From an uncultured Gammaproteobacteria bacterium (lineage in GTDB: Bacteria > Patescibacteriota > Patescibacteriia > Magasanikbacterales > GWA2-37-8): a stretch of DNA of 64,000 bases. The notes under the pieces are model-generated. The model was not told the origin of the DNA and did no database searches. It saw only the letters and a program-made list of their open reading frames with translations. The translations under genes were made by a program, and so were the position numbers. Shown here in pieces: positions 27,906 to 37,637 of the stretch (its first letter is position 1; every line of letters starts with the position of its first letter). Location of the stretch: positions 64,477 to 128,476 of the forward strand of contig CAZINT010000002.1 of NCBI GenBank assembly GCA_964540825.1. Reading direction: 5' to 3'.

Positions 27906-29411
27906 TTAAGAAAGTACGCCTAGAGCGTGCTTGAGGCGATGGAGCGATTCGGATTTGCCAAGCACAGCGGCAATTTCGAATGGTCCCGGAGAGTTCTGCT
28001 GACCGGAGAGCGCCACCCGTAGCGGTGAAAGAACTGCGCCTTTTTGATATTCTTTTTGCACGGTCCATTCCATCACAGCCGATTCAATCAATTCTCTGCT
28101 CCATTTACTTTCAGGCAACTGCTGCAAGAGCGTTTCAAGTTCTGACAAAACTGTCAGAGCTTCTTCTTTGGAAGATTTTTTCCACACTAACAGTTCCGGC
28201 GCATACACCGGCAGCTCAAAAACAAACTTGAGCGCCGCCGGGAACTCCGCCAGTGTCGTAACACGCTCTTTTTCAAGAGCGAGCACTTCGGCGAGCCATG
28301 GCTTTTGAAGATCAGCAGTGCCGGCCTCGCTTTTGATTAATCCTGCCTCAATCAAAAACGGCAAAGCGCGCGCTACCAACTCATCATTCGGGATGCGTTT
28401 TAAATATTCACGATTATACCAATCCAGTTTATCCAAATTGAACACCGCTCCGGCTTTACTTACCTTTTCGAGGCTAAATTCAGCAACCAACTCTTGAAGA
28501 GTAAACAATTCTTTTTCCGTACCCGGGTTCCAACCCAAAAAAGCCACAAAATTGATGAGCGCTTCGGGCAAATACCCCTTTTTTTCATAATCTGCTACTG
28601 CCACATCTCCTTGACGCTTGCTGAGCTTGCTCTTATCGGCATTGAGGAGGAGTGGCAAGTGCCCAAACTGCGGCGCTTCCCAACCAAAATATTTATAAAG
28701 CTGCAAATGCTTGGGGGTGCTGCTAATCCATTCTTCACCGCGCACTACATGGGTAATTTTCATGAGATGGTCGTCAACCACCACTGCAAAGTGATAGGTT
28801 GGGAAACCGTCGGATTTAATAAGCACCTGATCATCAATCAGTTTATTTTCAAAACTGATTTCGCCGCGAATAAGGTCGTTAAAAACAGTCTGTCCCTCTT
28901 TCGGCATCTTGAGGCGAACGACATGCTTTTCACCTGCCGCAATTTGTTTTTGAATTTCTTCGGGGGATAGCTTTAGACACAAGCGATCGTACGCAGTTGG
29001 TAATTTATTTTTTTGCTGTTCCTCGCGCAGCGCTTCGAGGCGTTCCGTAGTACAAAAACAATAGTAGGCATTCCCCGCTTCGATAAGCGGTTTAATGTGT
29101 TCTTGATATATCTCCAAGCGCTCCGATTGAATATAAGGCCCGGCATCTCCTGCCTGCATCACCTGCGATTCATTGGGCTCAAAATCCGTTTCGAGCTGCA
29201 CCCCTTCATCAGGGATAATGTTTGCCCAATACAGCGACTTCAAAATATTTGATGTGCCATCGGCCACAAAACGCTCACGATCAGTGTCTTCGATGCGCAG
29301 CAAAAATTGACCCTTATTTTGTTTGGCAAGCAAATATGAATAGAGAGCGGTGCGCAATCCTCCAACATGGAGGTAGCCGGTCGGACTGGGGGCGAAGCGG
29401 GTGCGGATCAT
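27906..29411 (-). CDS. gltX: glutamyl-tRNA synthetase
   Basis: class I HIGH motif (PSPTGYLHVGG) and KMSKS motif (KLSKR). Confidence 0.95.
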   Translation of the reverse strand: MIRTRFAPSPTGYLHVGGLRTALYSYLLAKQNKGQFLLRIEDTDRERFVADGTSNILKSLYWANIIPDEGVQLETDFEPNESQVMQAGDAGPYIQSERLEIYQEHIKPLIEAGNAYYCFCTTERLEALREEQQKNKLPTAYDRLCLKLSPEEIQKQIAAGEKHVVRLKMPKEGQTVFNDLIRGEISFENKLIDDQVLIKSDGFPTYHFAVVVDDHLMKITHVVRGEEWISSTPKHLQLYKYFGWEAPQFGHLPLLLNADKSKLSKRQGDVAVADYEKKGYLPEALINFVAFLGWNPGTEKELFTLQELVAEFSLEKVSKAGAVFNLDKLDWYNREYLKRIPNDELVARALPFLIEAGLIKSEAGTADLQKPWLAEVLALEKERVTTLAEFPAALKFVFELPVYAPELLVWKKSSKEEALTVLSELETLLQQLPESKWSRELIESAVMEWTVQKEYQKGAVLSPLRVALSGQQNSPGPFEIAAVLGKSESLHRLKHALGVLS

Positions 29412-29430
29412 AAAAAAATAACTATAAAAA

Positions 29431-30216
29431 CTATTGAGTTACGTTAAGAAAAGGAACCGGTCCGGTCATATACTGCGGTAAATGTCCATCCCATTTTTTT
29501 ACCGCTTCCAGTTCCACCAACCCAGTATTGCCTTTCAATGCTTCGGCCTGGATACGAATCGCTTCGGCTTCAGCTTTGGATTGCACGATACGCTGTTCCG
29601 CTTCATATTTAACTTGTTCCAATTTATTTTTAGAAGCAAGCGCTTGTTGTTCAGCAGTTACTTTGGCTTCAATCGCCTCGTTAAATGATTTTGAAAAATC
29701 AAAACTGACGATATTAACTTCAACTACTTGGATATAATTTTTACTTAAGCGGTCCGTCAAATTAAGCTTCATTTCACTCTTAACTTGTTCACGTTTAGTG
29801 ATTAATTCTTCAGCGGTGTACTTGGCTGTTGCTGCCTTGATCGATTCCTGAAGTGCCGGGGAGAGCAAGCGATTTTCGTAGTCTAATGCCACTTCTTTAT
29901 ATAATTTATCGACTTTAGCAGCTTCAAGCTGAAAATTTAAAGCAATTCTGGCCGAGACTGTTTGCAAATCTTTACTCGCCGCACTGGCTTCTACTTCTAC
30001 TTTTAAAATTCGAACATCGACATCTTTAACCGACTCAACTAAGGGTATTTTAAAATGCAACCCTTCATCGAGGACTCGATTAACCGAACCTAAACGAATA
30101 ACGATCCCTCGAGTTCCTGGGTTAATAACAGTCCATGATCCGGATGCTATAACGAGAACAATTAACCCAAAAATGATACCGACGATTAACTTGACAACAG
30201 GTACTTTATTTTCCAT
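29431..30216 (-). CDS. SPFH/band-7 (prohibitin/HflC-like) membrane protein
   Basis: N-terminal TM followed by SPFH domain and alanine/glutamate-rich coiled coil. Confidence 0.8.
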   Translation of the reverse strand: MENKVPVVKLIVGIIFGLIVLVIASGSWTVINPGTRGIVIRLGSVNRVLDEGLHFKIPLVESVKDVDVRILKVEVEASAASKDLQTVSARIALNFQLEAAKVDKLYKEVALDYENRLLSPALQESIKAATAKYTAEELITKREQVKSEMKLNLTDRLSKNYIQVVEVNIVSFDFSKSFNEAIEAKVTAEQQALASKNKLEQVKYEAEQRIVQSKAEAEAIRIQAEALKGNTGLVELEAVKKWDGHLPQYMTGPVPFLNVTQ

Positions 30217-30244
30217 AGATACAGAGTTACACTAAAAAAATATA

Positions 30245-30967
30245 TTATTTTTTCGGTGTTTTAATAAAAAGATATAAAAATTTAAAGGTGGCATTAATAA
30301 TTCTTCCAATTCTTTTTGGCTCGCTCATTAATCGATACAGCCATTCTAGCCCCATTTTTCGCATAAGTAAAGGCGCGCGCTTGATTTTTCCAGAGATAAA
30401 ATCAAATGACCCTCCTACTCCCATGGCTATTTTTACAGTGGGTAGTTTATTCAAATTTTGATCGATCCATTTTTCTTGCTTGCCCATACCAAAGGCAACA
30501 AACAAAATAGTCGGTTGCACGTGGTTTATTTGTTTACACGTGTCATCTGTTTCTAAGACAGTTTCTGTAAGTCTCGGCCCCTTATCAAAACCGACAATAC
30601 TGAGTTTAGGAAATTTTTCTTGTAACTTTTTAGCAGTCATGCTGACCACCTGGTCACTTCCTGAACCGAGCAGGTAGACAGAAACGCCTTTCTTTTCAGC
30701 AAGACCACAGACCTCAAGCATAAAATCTATACCTGCCAGGCGCTCAAGCTTTCCGCCCGATACAAGCTCGAGTCCCCGCCCATCGCACAAGTTTAGGTCT
30801 CCCCTATTTAATACTTCTTTAAAATAGGGGTCAGTGTAGGCTTTGACGAGCATCTCAGGGTTAGGGGTAAAAATGGTTTTTGGACTGTTCCCGATCAAAA
30901 AACCGGCTGCTTTTTGCAGCGCTTCTTCCTGGGTAACTTCATCCACGCGAACGTCTAAAATACGCAT
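30245..30967 (-). CDS. WecB/TagA/CpsF-family glycosyltransferase (N-acetylmannosaminyltransferase-like)
   Basis: GVGGSFDFISGKIKRAPLLMRKMGLEWLYRL C-terminal signature; ATG at 30967 (MRILDV...) preferred over the longer ORF that runs into the promoter. Confidence 0.8.
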   Translation of the reverse strand: MRILDVRVDEVTQEEALQKAAGFLIGNSPKTIFTPNPEMLVKAYTDPYFKEVLNRGDLNLCDGRGLELVSGGKLERLAGIDFMLEVCGLAEKKGVSVYLLGSGSDQVVSMTAKKLQEKFPKLSIVGFDKGPRLTETVLETDDTCKQINHVQPTILFVAFGMGKQEKWIDQNLNKLPTVKIAMGVGGSFDFISGKIKRAPLLMRKMGLEWLYRLMSEPKRIGRIINATFKFLYLFIKTPKK

Positions 30968-30990
30968 AACAAAGCCAGTATAGCACGTAT

Positions 30991-31020
30991 TTGACAAAAC
31001 ATTCAACCCTGGTTATACTA
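30991..31020 (+). promoter_or_regulatory. sigma70-like promoter for the DUF218-clpB unit (overlapping a divergent minus-strand promoter)
   Basis: -35 TTGACA (30991-30996), 18-nt spacer, -10 TATACT (31015-31020); on the minus strand TTGAAT-N18-TATACT lies 9 nt upstream of the wecG-like ATG. Confidence 0.55.
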
Positions 31021-31023
31021 GAT

Positions 31024-31060
31024 TTATCACTCTAGTATAGCGAGTGATAAATTATCACTT
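31024..31060 (+). promoter_or_regulatory. CIRCE-like inverted repeat (putative HrcA-type operator) plus a third half-site
   Basis: TTATCACTC-N9-GAGTGATAA (31024-31050), perfect 9-bp arms; CIRCE consensus is TTAGCACTC-N9-GAGTGCTAA; an extra TTATCACTT at 31052-31060 abuts the ATG; located between the -10 and the start codon of a clpB-containing unit. Confidence 0.6.
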
Positions 31061-31777
31061 ATGGAGCATGCACCCTCAGACTACTTTAAAAACGACTGGC
31101 AAAGTTCACGTGAAAAAATTGTTAAGGAATTTCGTGAACTTATAGAACGTGGGCAACCCATGCCTCAGGAAGACTGGTCGCTTATTTGGGTTTTTAGTGG
31201 CCCAGAAGCAACATTTGAAGACAAACCCAATATTGAAACCAACGCGATTACCGGCACAAACTACCCTAATCAAACCCGAGAACGCTTTGAGACAGGCATT
31301 CGTATAGTGAGAGCAGTGACCGCGCTTCGTCTACGCAAACAAGAAGACCAAATTTCGAGTGAAGATATTAAAAATGCTGGTCCGATACTTTATTTTAATG
31401 GCCGAGACGAACAAAACGAGTATTTGCGAGGCATGTTGGCAACGGGAGAAAATAAAATTTTAAAAGAAATTCCTGCAAACAACATTGTTATATCAACGAG
31501 TACGGATATAGAAAACACCGGTCATCAGTTTATAGATTTTACCGAGCATTTTCCACATTTGCCACCAGAAGAAAAAACAATTTTAGTAAGCGACCTCTAC
31601 CACCTCCCCCGCATCAAACGATACGCCGAAACTAAACGGTACAGCTTAAAAAAAGATACCCTTGTTTTGTACCCAACAAAGCCGTACATCTTGCCCTTCG
31701 ATGAAAGCCTGGCAGAAATTCAGAAGATACTCCCCTATGAAAAAAAAGGTTTTATTGATCCAACTAAAGACATTTAA
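31061..31777 (+). CDS. hypothetical protein, possibly DUF218/YdcF-like
   Basis: IVISTSTDIENTGHQF ... TILVSDLYHLPRIKRY resembles the DUF218 core; weak assignment. Confidence 0.45.
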   Translation: MEHAPSDYFKNDWQSSREKIVKEFRELIERGQPMPQEDWSLIWVFSGPEATFEDKPNIETNAITGTNYPNQTRERFETGIRIVRAVTALRLRKQEDQISSEDIKNAGPILYFNGRDEQNEYLRGMLATGENKILKEIPANNIVISTSTDIENTGHQFIDFTEHFPHLPPEEKTILVSDLYHLPRIKRYAETKRYSLKKDTLVLYPTKPYILPFDESLAEIQKILPYEKKGFIDPTKDI

Positions 31778-31796
31778 AAAATGTTAAAAGTAACCT

Positions 31797-34430
31797 ATGA
31801 ATCCTCAAAATTTTACCAATAAGTCGCAGGAAACAATCCAGGTAGCGGCCCGCCTGGCCCATGAAAACGGTCAGGCCCAAATTGAACCGCCACATTTATT
31901 TCTGGCCTTTCTCCAAGACAGCGAGGGTATTGTTGTTTCTATTTTGCAAAAATTAAACGTGAACATCAACAATTTTGCCTTGGAAATGCAGAGCATGATT
32001 AACCGGCTCCCGAAGCAAGGCGAAAATTTTGGCGCCGCCCCCGTCGGCCAAGTGCTCCTAGGGCAGGCCATGGTCGGCATTTTTCAAAATGCCGCGAACG
32101 AAGCCAAACGTATGGGCGACGAATATGTAAGTGTCGAACATCTGCTGCTGGCTTTTTTGGTCACTAAAAATCCCATTAGCGATTTGTTGTCCGAAGACAA
32201 AGCAACGTATGATGCAGTGCTGCAAACATTGGTTACAATTCGCGGTACGCAGCGCGTAGACTCGCCAGAGCCGGAAAGCAAGTATAATGCGCTTGAAAAA
32301 TATGGTAAAAATTTGACTGAACTCGCGCGCAAAGAAAAAATTGATCCGGTCATCGGGCGTGATGACGAAATCCGCCGCGTCATGCAGATTCTCAGTCGCC
32401 GCACCAAAAATAACCCGGTGCTGATTGGTGAACCGGGAACCGGTAAAACAGCGGTAGTCGAAGGGCTCGCTCAGCGCATTGTTAACGGTGACGTTCCGGA
32501 GTCGCTCAAAAACAAAGAAATCATGTCGCTCGATATTGGCGCGCTGGTGGCCGGTGCAAAATTTCGCGGTGAATTTGAGGATCGTCTTAAAGCAGTTATC
32601 AAAGAAATAAATAATGCCGCCGGTAAAATCATTCTCTTTATCGACGAACTGCACACCATTGTGGGAGCAGGCTCAAGCGAAGGATCGATCGATGCATCAA
32701 ACATGCTAAAACCCATGCTCGCTCGCGGCGAACTCCACACAATTGGTGCAACCACGCTTAAAGAATACCAAAAATATATTGAAAAAGATGCAGCCCTTGA
32801 ACGACGCTTTCAACCCGTCATTATTAACGAACCGAGCGAAGATGATGCGGTCGCCATACTCCGCGGGATTAAAGAAAAATATGAAGTACACCACGGTGTG
32901 CGCATTACCGACGCTGCCCTTATTAGTGCCGTGAAATTATCCGAACGCTATATTACCGATCGCTTTTTACCTGATAAAGCAATTGATCTCGTGGACGAAG
33001 CAGCTTCCGCCCTTCGCCTGCAGATGGATTCGATGCCTGAAGAGCTTGATAAGATGAAGCGATCGATCATGAAACTTGAAATTGAAAAGCGCGCCCTTAA
33101 TAATGAAAAAGATACTGAATCCAAAGAACGACTGACTAAAATTGAAAAAGATTTGGCCGAGATTCACGAAGCAAGCAACGAACTGGAAGCCAAGTGGAAA
33201 AATGAAAAAGAAATTATTACCCTCATTCAGGATTCCAAAAAAGAAATGGATCGCTTGAAGCAGCAAGCAGATATCGAAGAGCGTCGCGGTGATCTTCAAA
33301 AAGTTGCCGAGATTCGCTATGGACGCCTGCCGCAACTTGAAAGTGAAATTAAAAAGAACGAAAAGAAATTAACGGAACTCCAAAAAATTCGCGGCATCCT
33401 CAAAGAAGAAGTGGGTGAGGAAGATATTGCCAGCGTGGTCGCTCGCTGGACTGGCATTCCGGTTAAGAAAATGCTTCAGAGTGAAACCAGCAAACTGACT
33501 CAAATGGAAAAGGTTTTGGGGGAACGTGTCATTGGACAAGAAGAAGCAGTAAAAGCTGTTTCAAACGCTATTCGCCGCTCCCGCGCGGGCATTGCACCGC
33601 CAAATCGTCCAATCGGTTCGTTTATTTTCCTCGGGCCTACAGGGGTGGGCAAGACCGAACTTGCGAAAGCACTCGCCGAATTTATGTTTGATACCGAAGA
33701 AGCGCTGGTACGCATTGACATGAGTGAATACATGGAAAAACACAGCACATCAAAATTAATCGGCTCCCCGCCGGGGTATATTGGCTACGATGAAGGCGGA
33801 CAGCTTACCGAGATCATCCGCCGGCGCCCCTACGCAGTCGTACTTCTCGACGAAATTGAAAAAGCACACCCTGATGTTTTCAACATCTTACTTCAAGTGC
33901 TCGATGATGGACGAGTCACCGACGCCAAAGGACGGGTGGTTAACTTCAAAAACACGGTTATCATCATGACCAGTAATATCGGCAGCCAGATGATTCTTGA
34001 CATGAATAAGCGCGGCGAATTCGGTTTTAAATCTGCTGAAAAGGGCAAAAAAGCGGTTGATACCTCTGTAAAAGAACGGGTCATGGCCGCGCTCCAGGAA
34101 CACTTTAAGCCGGAATTCCTCAATCGTATCGATGAAACTATCATGTTCCAAACCTTATCGGAGGCCCAGATTGAAAAAATTGTTGACCTGCAACTTGAGG
34201 TTATTCAAAAACGCTTGCACGAAAAAAGAATTACGCTATCCGTTGACCCCGCTGCCAAAAAGTATTTGGCTAAAGAAGGCTTTAACCCGGATTATGGTGC
34301 ACGCCCGCTCAAACGGCTTTTGCAAAATGAAATTCTGGACGAATTAGCCCTTAAAATTATTGAAGGAACAGTTGTCGAAGGGCAAAAAGTTAAAGTGAGC
34401 GTTAAGAGTAATAAAATTTTCTTAGAATAA
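31797..34430 (+). CDS. clpB: ATP-dependent chaperone ClpB
   Basis: Clp N-domain, two AAA+ modules (GEPGTGKT and GPTGVGKT Walker A), long coiled-coil middle domain between them. Confidence 0.95.
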   Translation: MNPQNFTNKSQETIQVAARLAHENGQAQIEPPHLFLAFLQDSEGIVVSILQKLNVNINNFALEMQSMINRLPKQGENFGAAPVGQVLLGQAMVGIFQNAANEAKRMGDEYVSVEHLLLAFLVTKNPISDLLSEDKATYDAVLQTLVTIRGTQRVDSPEPESKYNALEKYGKNLTELARKEKIDPVIGRDDEIRRVMQILSRRTKNNPVLIGEPGTGKTAVVEGLAQRIVNGDVPESLKNKEIMSLDIGALVAGAKFRGEFEDRLKAVIKEINNAAGKIILFIDELHTIVGAGSSEGSIDASNMLKPMLARGELHTIGATTLKEYQKYIEKDAALERRFQPVIINEPSEDDAVAILRGIKEKYEVHHGVRITDAALISAVKLSERYITDRFLPDKAIDLVDEAASALRLQMDSMPEELDKMKRSIMKLEIEKRALNNEKDTESKERLTKIEKDLAEIHEASNELEAKWKNEKEIITLIQDSKKEMDRLKQQADIEERRGDLQKVAEIRYGRLPQLESEIKKNEKKLTELQKIRGILKEEVGEEDIASVVARWTGIPVKKMLQSETSKLTQMEKVLGERVIGQEEAVKAVSNAIRRSRAGIAPPNRPIGSFIFLGPTGVGKTELAKALAEFMFDTEEALVRIDMSEYMEKHSTSKLIGSPPGYIGYDEGGQLTEIIRRRPYAVVLLDEIEKAHPDVFNILLQVLDDGRVTDAKGRVVNFKNTVIIMTSNIGSQMILDMNKRGEFGFKSAEKGKKAVDTSVKERVMAALQEHFKPEFLNRIDETIMFQTLSEAQIEKIVDLQLEVIQKRLHEKRITLSVDPAAKKYLAKEGFNPDYGARPLKRLLQNEILDELALKIIEGTVVEGQKVKVSVKSNKIFLE

Positions 34431-34442
34431 AAAAACAAAAAA

Positions 34443-34470
34443 AGATCCACTTTAAATGGATCTTTTTTTC
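34443..34470. terminator. bidirectional rho-independent terminator after clpB
   Basis: AAAAAAAGATCCActttaaATGGATCTTTTTTT. Confidence 0.8.
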
Positions 34471-34479
34471 TTTCAAAAA

Positions 34480-34541
34480 CTTCGTTCACCCCATCTTCAC
34501 GACTTTGTAAGGCGTAAAAATGGGGACATGAGTGAACGAAG
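34480..34541. repeat. 62-nt nested inverted repeat at the left flank of a GC-rich island
   Basis: outer arms CTTCGTTCAC / GTGAACGAAG (10 bp), inner CCCCAT / ATGGGG. Confidence 0.5.
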
Positions 34542-34560
34542 TAGTGATAGCCCCCTTAGG

Positions 34561-34926
34561 TCACAGGCCGCCGAAGCGCCTACCAGGAGAACCGGTACGC
34601 TCCCGCTCCTCATACAGGTCCGGCACGTCGACCAGAAGACCCGCCTCCATTGAGGCACGGCCAGCCTTATCGGCCTCCTCTCTACTCATTCGCTCATCGA
34701 GCTGGGCGTGCAGGTAGTCCGCCAGCAAGGACGTGACGATCGCCGGCTGCGTAGTGAGGTCGAAGGAGCCGTCGGGCTCGAACTTGAACCCGCTGCCGAG
34801 CAGCACATCCTTCGCATTCTTGAGGTGCTGACGGGCTGCCAGCCAGCGCCTCATAGCGGCCAAAGCCAGCTCAAAAATTTTGATGGCGCTCGTGATCTCC
34901 TCGTGAGAATCGAACTTTGGACCCAT
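34561..34926 (-). CDS. hypothetical protein (121 aa) in a GC-rich island (about 60% GC)
   Basis: SD GGAGGTG 7 nt upstream of ATG 34926; promoter TTGTCA-N17-TATATA upstream; GC3-biased codons unlike neighbours; no recognisable domain. Confidence 0.55.
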   Translation of the reverse strand: MGPKFDSHEEITSAIKIFELALAAMRRWLAARQHLKNAKDVLLGSGFKFEPDGSFDLTTQPAIVTSLLADYLHAQLDERMSREEADKAGRASMEAGLLVDVPDLYEERERTGSPGRRFGGL

Positions 34927-34947
34927 ACGCGCACCTCCACGTGGCTG

Positions 34948-35002
34948 AATTGGTTTGTTTTTGGCTTATATACAGGTAAATAAGCCATTTGACAAACCAA
35001 TT
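34948..35002. promoter_or_regulatory. 55-bp nested palindrome overlapping the promoter of the 34561-34926 gene
   Basis: AATTGGTTTGT (34948-34958) / ACAAACCAATT (34992-35002) 11-bp perfect arms; inner GGCTTAT / ATAAGCC; the -35 TTGTCA and -10 TATATA for the minus-strand gene lie inside. Confidence 0.5.
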
Positions 35003-35125
35003 ACGAACATTACTTTTTACCATAAAAAGGCTTTTTTGTCAATACTTGGTCCCAAGGTTTAGCTATGCTATACTACTTTAATCCATTCCTCTTTTTTAAG
35101 CGTGGAATTGAATTTTAGCGAAAAT

Positions 35126-37603
35126 ATGGTAAAAAACAAAAAAAACTTTTTTTTATTTTTTATAACGAGCTTGATTTTATTTTTCCTCTCCTTCCTATCA
35201 CCTGAAAAAACTTTAGCCCAAGCCGAATTCAATCCGAATTTTATCATCTCAGACCAAGAACTACAGGATTATCAAACCTGGACGAGAAATGATGTGCAGA
35301 ATTTTTTAACCGGAAAAGGTAGTTTTTTAAGTGAATTTAGAACTGAAGATTACACCGGAACAGTTAAATCAGCCGCTGATATTATCTATGAGGCTGCTCA
35401 AAATTACCAAATTAACCCTAAATTTATTTTGGTAACCCTGCAAAAGGAGCAAAGCCTGATTACCGACGATTCCCCCGCTCAAAAACAATTAGACTGGGCA
35501 ACGGGCTACGCTGTCTGCGACAGCTGCTCCAGGACTGACCCGAGTGTCGCCAAGCATAAGGGATTTGGCAAACAAGTTGACGACGCGGCCGGTGTAATGC
35601 GGTGGTATTATGACCACAAAGACATTGCAACCCGACCTTTTCGTAAGGACGTAGCGGTTTCGGTCGACAATATGCAGGTTATCCCGCAGAGCTGGGCAAC
35701 GGCCTTTTTGTACACCTATACGCCGCATTTGCACGGCAACATGAACTTTGCCCGTATTTGGCAGACCTGGTTCAAACAAGTCTACCCTGATGGCTCGCTT
35801 TTGGAGTCGGACACTACCCGTGATGTGTATCTTATTCAAAACGGCCAGCGCCGCAAGTTTAAAAACAAGTCAGCCCTTATCAGTCGGGCTGATCCAAAAT
35901 TAGTTGTTACCATTTCGGATGTCGACCTTGGCAATTATCCGGTGGGTCCTGATATTAACTTTTCAAATTATTCACTGCTTCGCACTCCAACTCAAACGTA
36001 CTTGGTTGACTACGACACCGTCCGCCCATTTGCTTCACCTGACGTCGTGCGGCAATTTGGCTATAACCCCGATGAAATTGTCGATATACAAGAAAGCGAT
36101 CTCGCCGGGTACACTATTGGCAGCACGATTACTTCGAGCAGCCTGCAACCGATCGGTGCAATATTTCAGATTACTGATTTGAAAGACACGTACTATCTCT
36201 ACAAAGACGGCGTTCTTCACCCTATTCTCGACAAAAAAATTATTGACGCTAATTATAAAAATTTAACTATTGAAAAACACACGAGCCGGGAACTTGGACA
36301 ATACCAGGTGGCTGATATGCCCGTTACCTTTGCAGATGGTACTTTGCTTCAAAACAAAGATAGCAACCAAGTCTACGTTATTGAAAAAGGTAAAAAACGT
36401 CCGATCGCGGACAACGATACTTTTCTGGCACTTGGATACAAGCGAGCAAACGTCCTTATGGTCGACGTTTTGACTACCCTTAATATTCCTAACGGTGATC
36501 CGCTTTTCCTTAATACGAGCCTTTTATCTGCTAAAAATAAATACCTGGGCGATGCCGAGACAACTGTCAGCGATCTTTATAAGTCAAAGGTGCCCGCCTA
36601 TGTAATTGCGGAATATCCAACCGGCCGTATTATTAGCGGTAAAAATATCGACACTCGGTTTTCCATCGCTTCGCTTACCAAAGTACTGACAGCCAACGAA
36701 GCGCTGAATCAAAATTTTAAACCCACCGAATCTACCACCTATTCAGCAGCTAAGTATGCTATCGAAACTAACACGCTCGGTTTAAAGGAAGGTGAGAAAA
36801 TAAAAAATAACGATCTCCTTAATACGATGCTTATCGGTTCAATTAACAATATTGCCCGCATGGTTGCCCAGGCAACGGGCCTGACTGAACAGGACTTGCT
36901 TGCTAAAATCACCGATCGTTTAGCCACTTGGGGAGCGGATAGCACCACAATTACCGATGTTACCGGACTTGACGAAGGCAACAAATCGACCGCCCGCGAT
37001 CTTTTAAAGATCTTTACGCGCACGCTTGAAAATACTGACCTTAAAAAAATCATGGCTAAAGACGGGTATACCTTTACGTCGACAATTGGCACCAAAAAGG
37101 TCACCCATGGCGTAAAAAATACCAACCAACTTTTCTTTACGAAGAATAAAAACTATACTATTCTTGATAGTAAAACGGGCTATACTGATGAAGCCGGAGG
37201 TGTTATGATGATGTTAGTTCAAACCGGCAAGGCGGCCAGTAGCCCAGCAACACTCAAAACCACCCTTAAACAAGGCGCTAGCGGCACGGAAGTTACCCTC
37301 CTTCAGCAAATGCTTCAAAATAACGGCTACCTCGCTAAGACAATTAAAGCGAACGGTAATTTTGGAGTAAGCACGCTCGAAGCGGTTAAAAAATTCCAAA
37401 AGGATCACAATGTAACAGCCGAAGGACTGGTCGGACCCGCCACGCGAGCCGCGCTTAATGCAACGATCAAAACAACGTCAACTGCCGGCAAACAATATGT
37501 AATTATTACGCTCGGCAACACTGATTACGCCCACCGTTTTGATGAACCAAATAAAATGGCTGAATGGCTTGCTAAAGGAAACTTTACCGTGGCCAGCAAA
37601 TAA
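35126..37603 (+). CDS. large secreted cell-wall protein: N-terminal unknown domain, four tandem Y-x-[IV]-x-x-G-[KQ]-[KR]-[RH] repeats, S11 D-Ala-D-Ala carboxypeptidase domain, C-terminal peptidoglycan-binding domain
   Basis: signal peptide; S11 motifs SxxK (SIASLTK), SxN (GSINN), KTG (KTGYT); PG_binding_1-like GASGTEVTLLQQMLQNNGYL...GLVGPATRAAL; ATG at 35126 (ORF track starts at a GTG at 35102). Confidence 0.8.
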   Translation: MVKNKKNFFLFFITSLILFFLSFLSPEKTLAQAEFNPNFIISDQELQDYQTWTRNDVQNFLTGKGSFLSEFRTEDYTGTVKSAADIIYEAAQNYQINPKFILVTLQKEQSLITDDSPAQKQLDWATGYAVCDSCSRTDPSVAKHKGFGKQVDDAAGVMRWYYDHKDIATRPFRKDVAVSVDNMQVIPQSWATAFLYTYTPHLHGNMNFARIWQTWFKQVYPDGSLLESDTTRDVYLIQNGQRRKFKNKSALISRADPKLVVTISDVDLGNYPVGPDINFSNYSLLRTPTQTYLVDYDTVRPFASPDVVRQFGYNPDEIVDIQESDLAGYTIGSTITSSSLQPIGAIFQITDLKDTYYLYKDGVLHPILDKKIIDANYKNLTIEKHTSRELGQYQVADMPVTFADGTLLQNKDSNQVYVIEKGKKRPIADNDTFLALGYKRANVLMVDVLTTLNIPNGDPLFLNTSLLSAKNKYLGDAETTVSDLYKSKVPAYVIAEYPTGRIISGKNIDTRFSIASLTKVLTANEALNQNFKPTESTTYSAAKYAIETNTLGLKEGEKIKNNDLLNTMLIGSINNIARMVAQATGLTEQDLLAKITDRLATWGADSTTITDVTGLDEGNKSTARDLLKIFTRTLENTDLKKIMAKDGYTFTSTIGTKKVTHGVKNTNQLFFTKNKNYTILDSKTGYTDEAGGVMMMLVQTGKAASSPATLKTTLKQGASGTEVTLLQQMLQNNGYLAKTIKANGNFGVSTLEAVKKFQKDHNVTAEGLVGPATRAALNATIKTTSTAGKQYVIITLGNTDYAHRFDEPNKMAEWLAKGNFTVASK

Positions 37604-37637
37604 AACTTATTCCTAGATTATTTATTAGCCTAAACTT

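Noticed and set aside
32058-33335. Several antisense ORFs inside clpB (for example 32058-32654 minus, 32967-33335 minus) and similar antisense ORFs inside alaS, lysS and gltX
   Set aside because: They are fully embedded opposite highly conserved coding sequence, have low-complexity translations and no start signals. Typical shadow ORFs.
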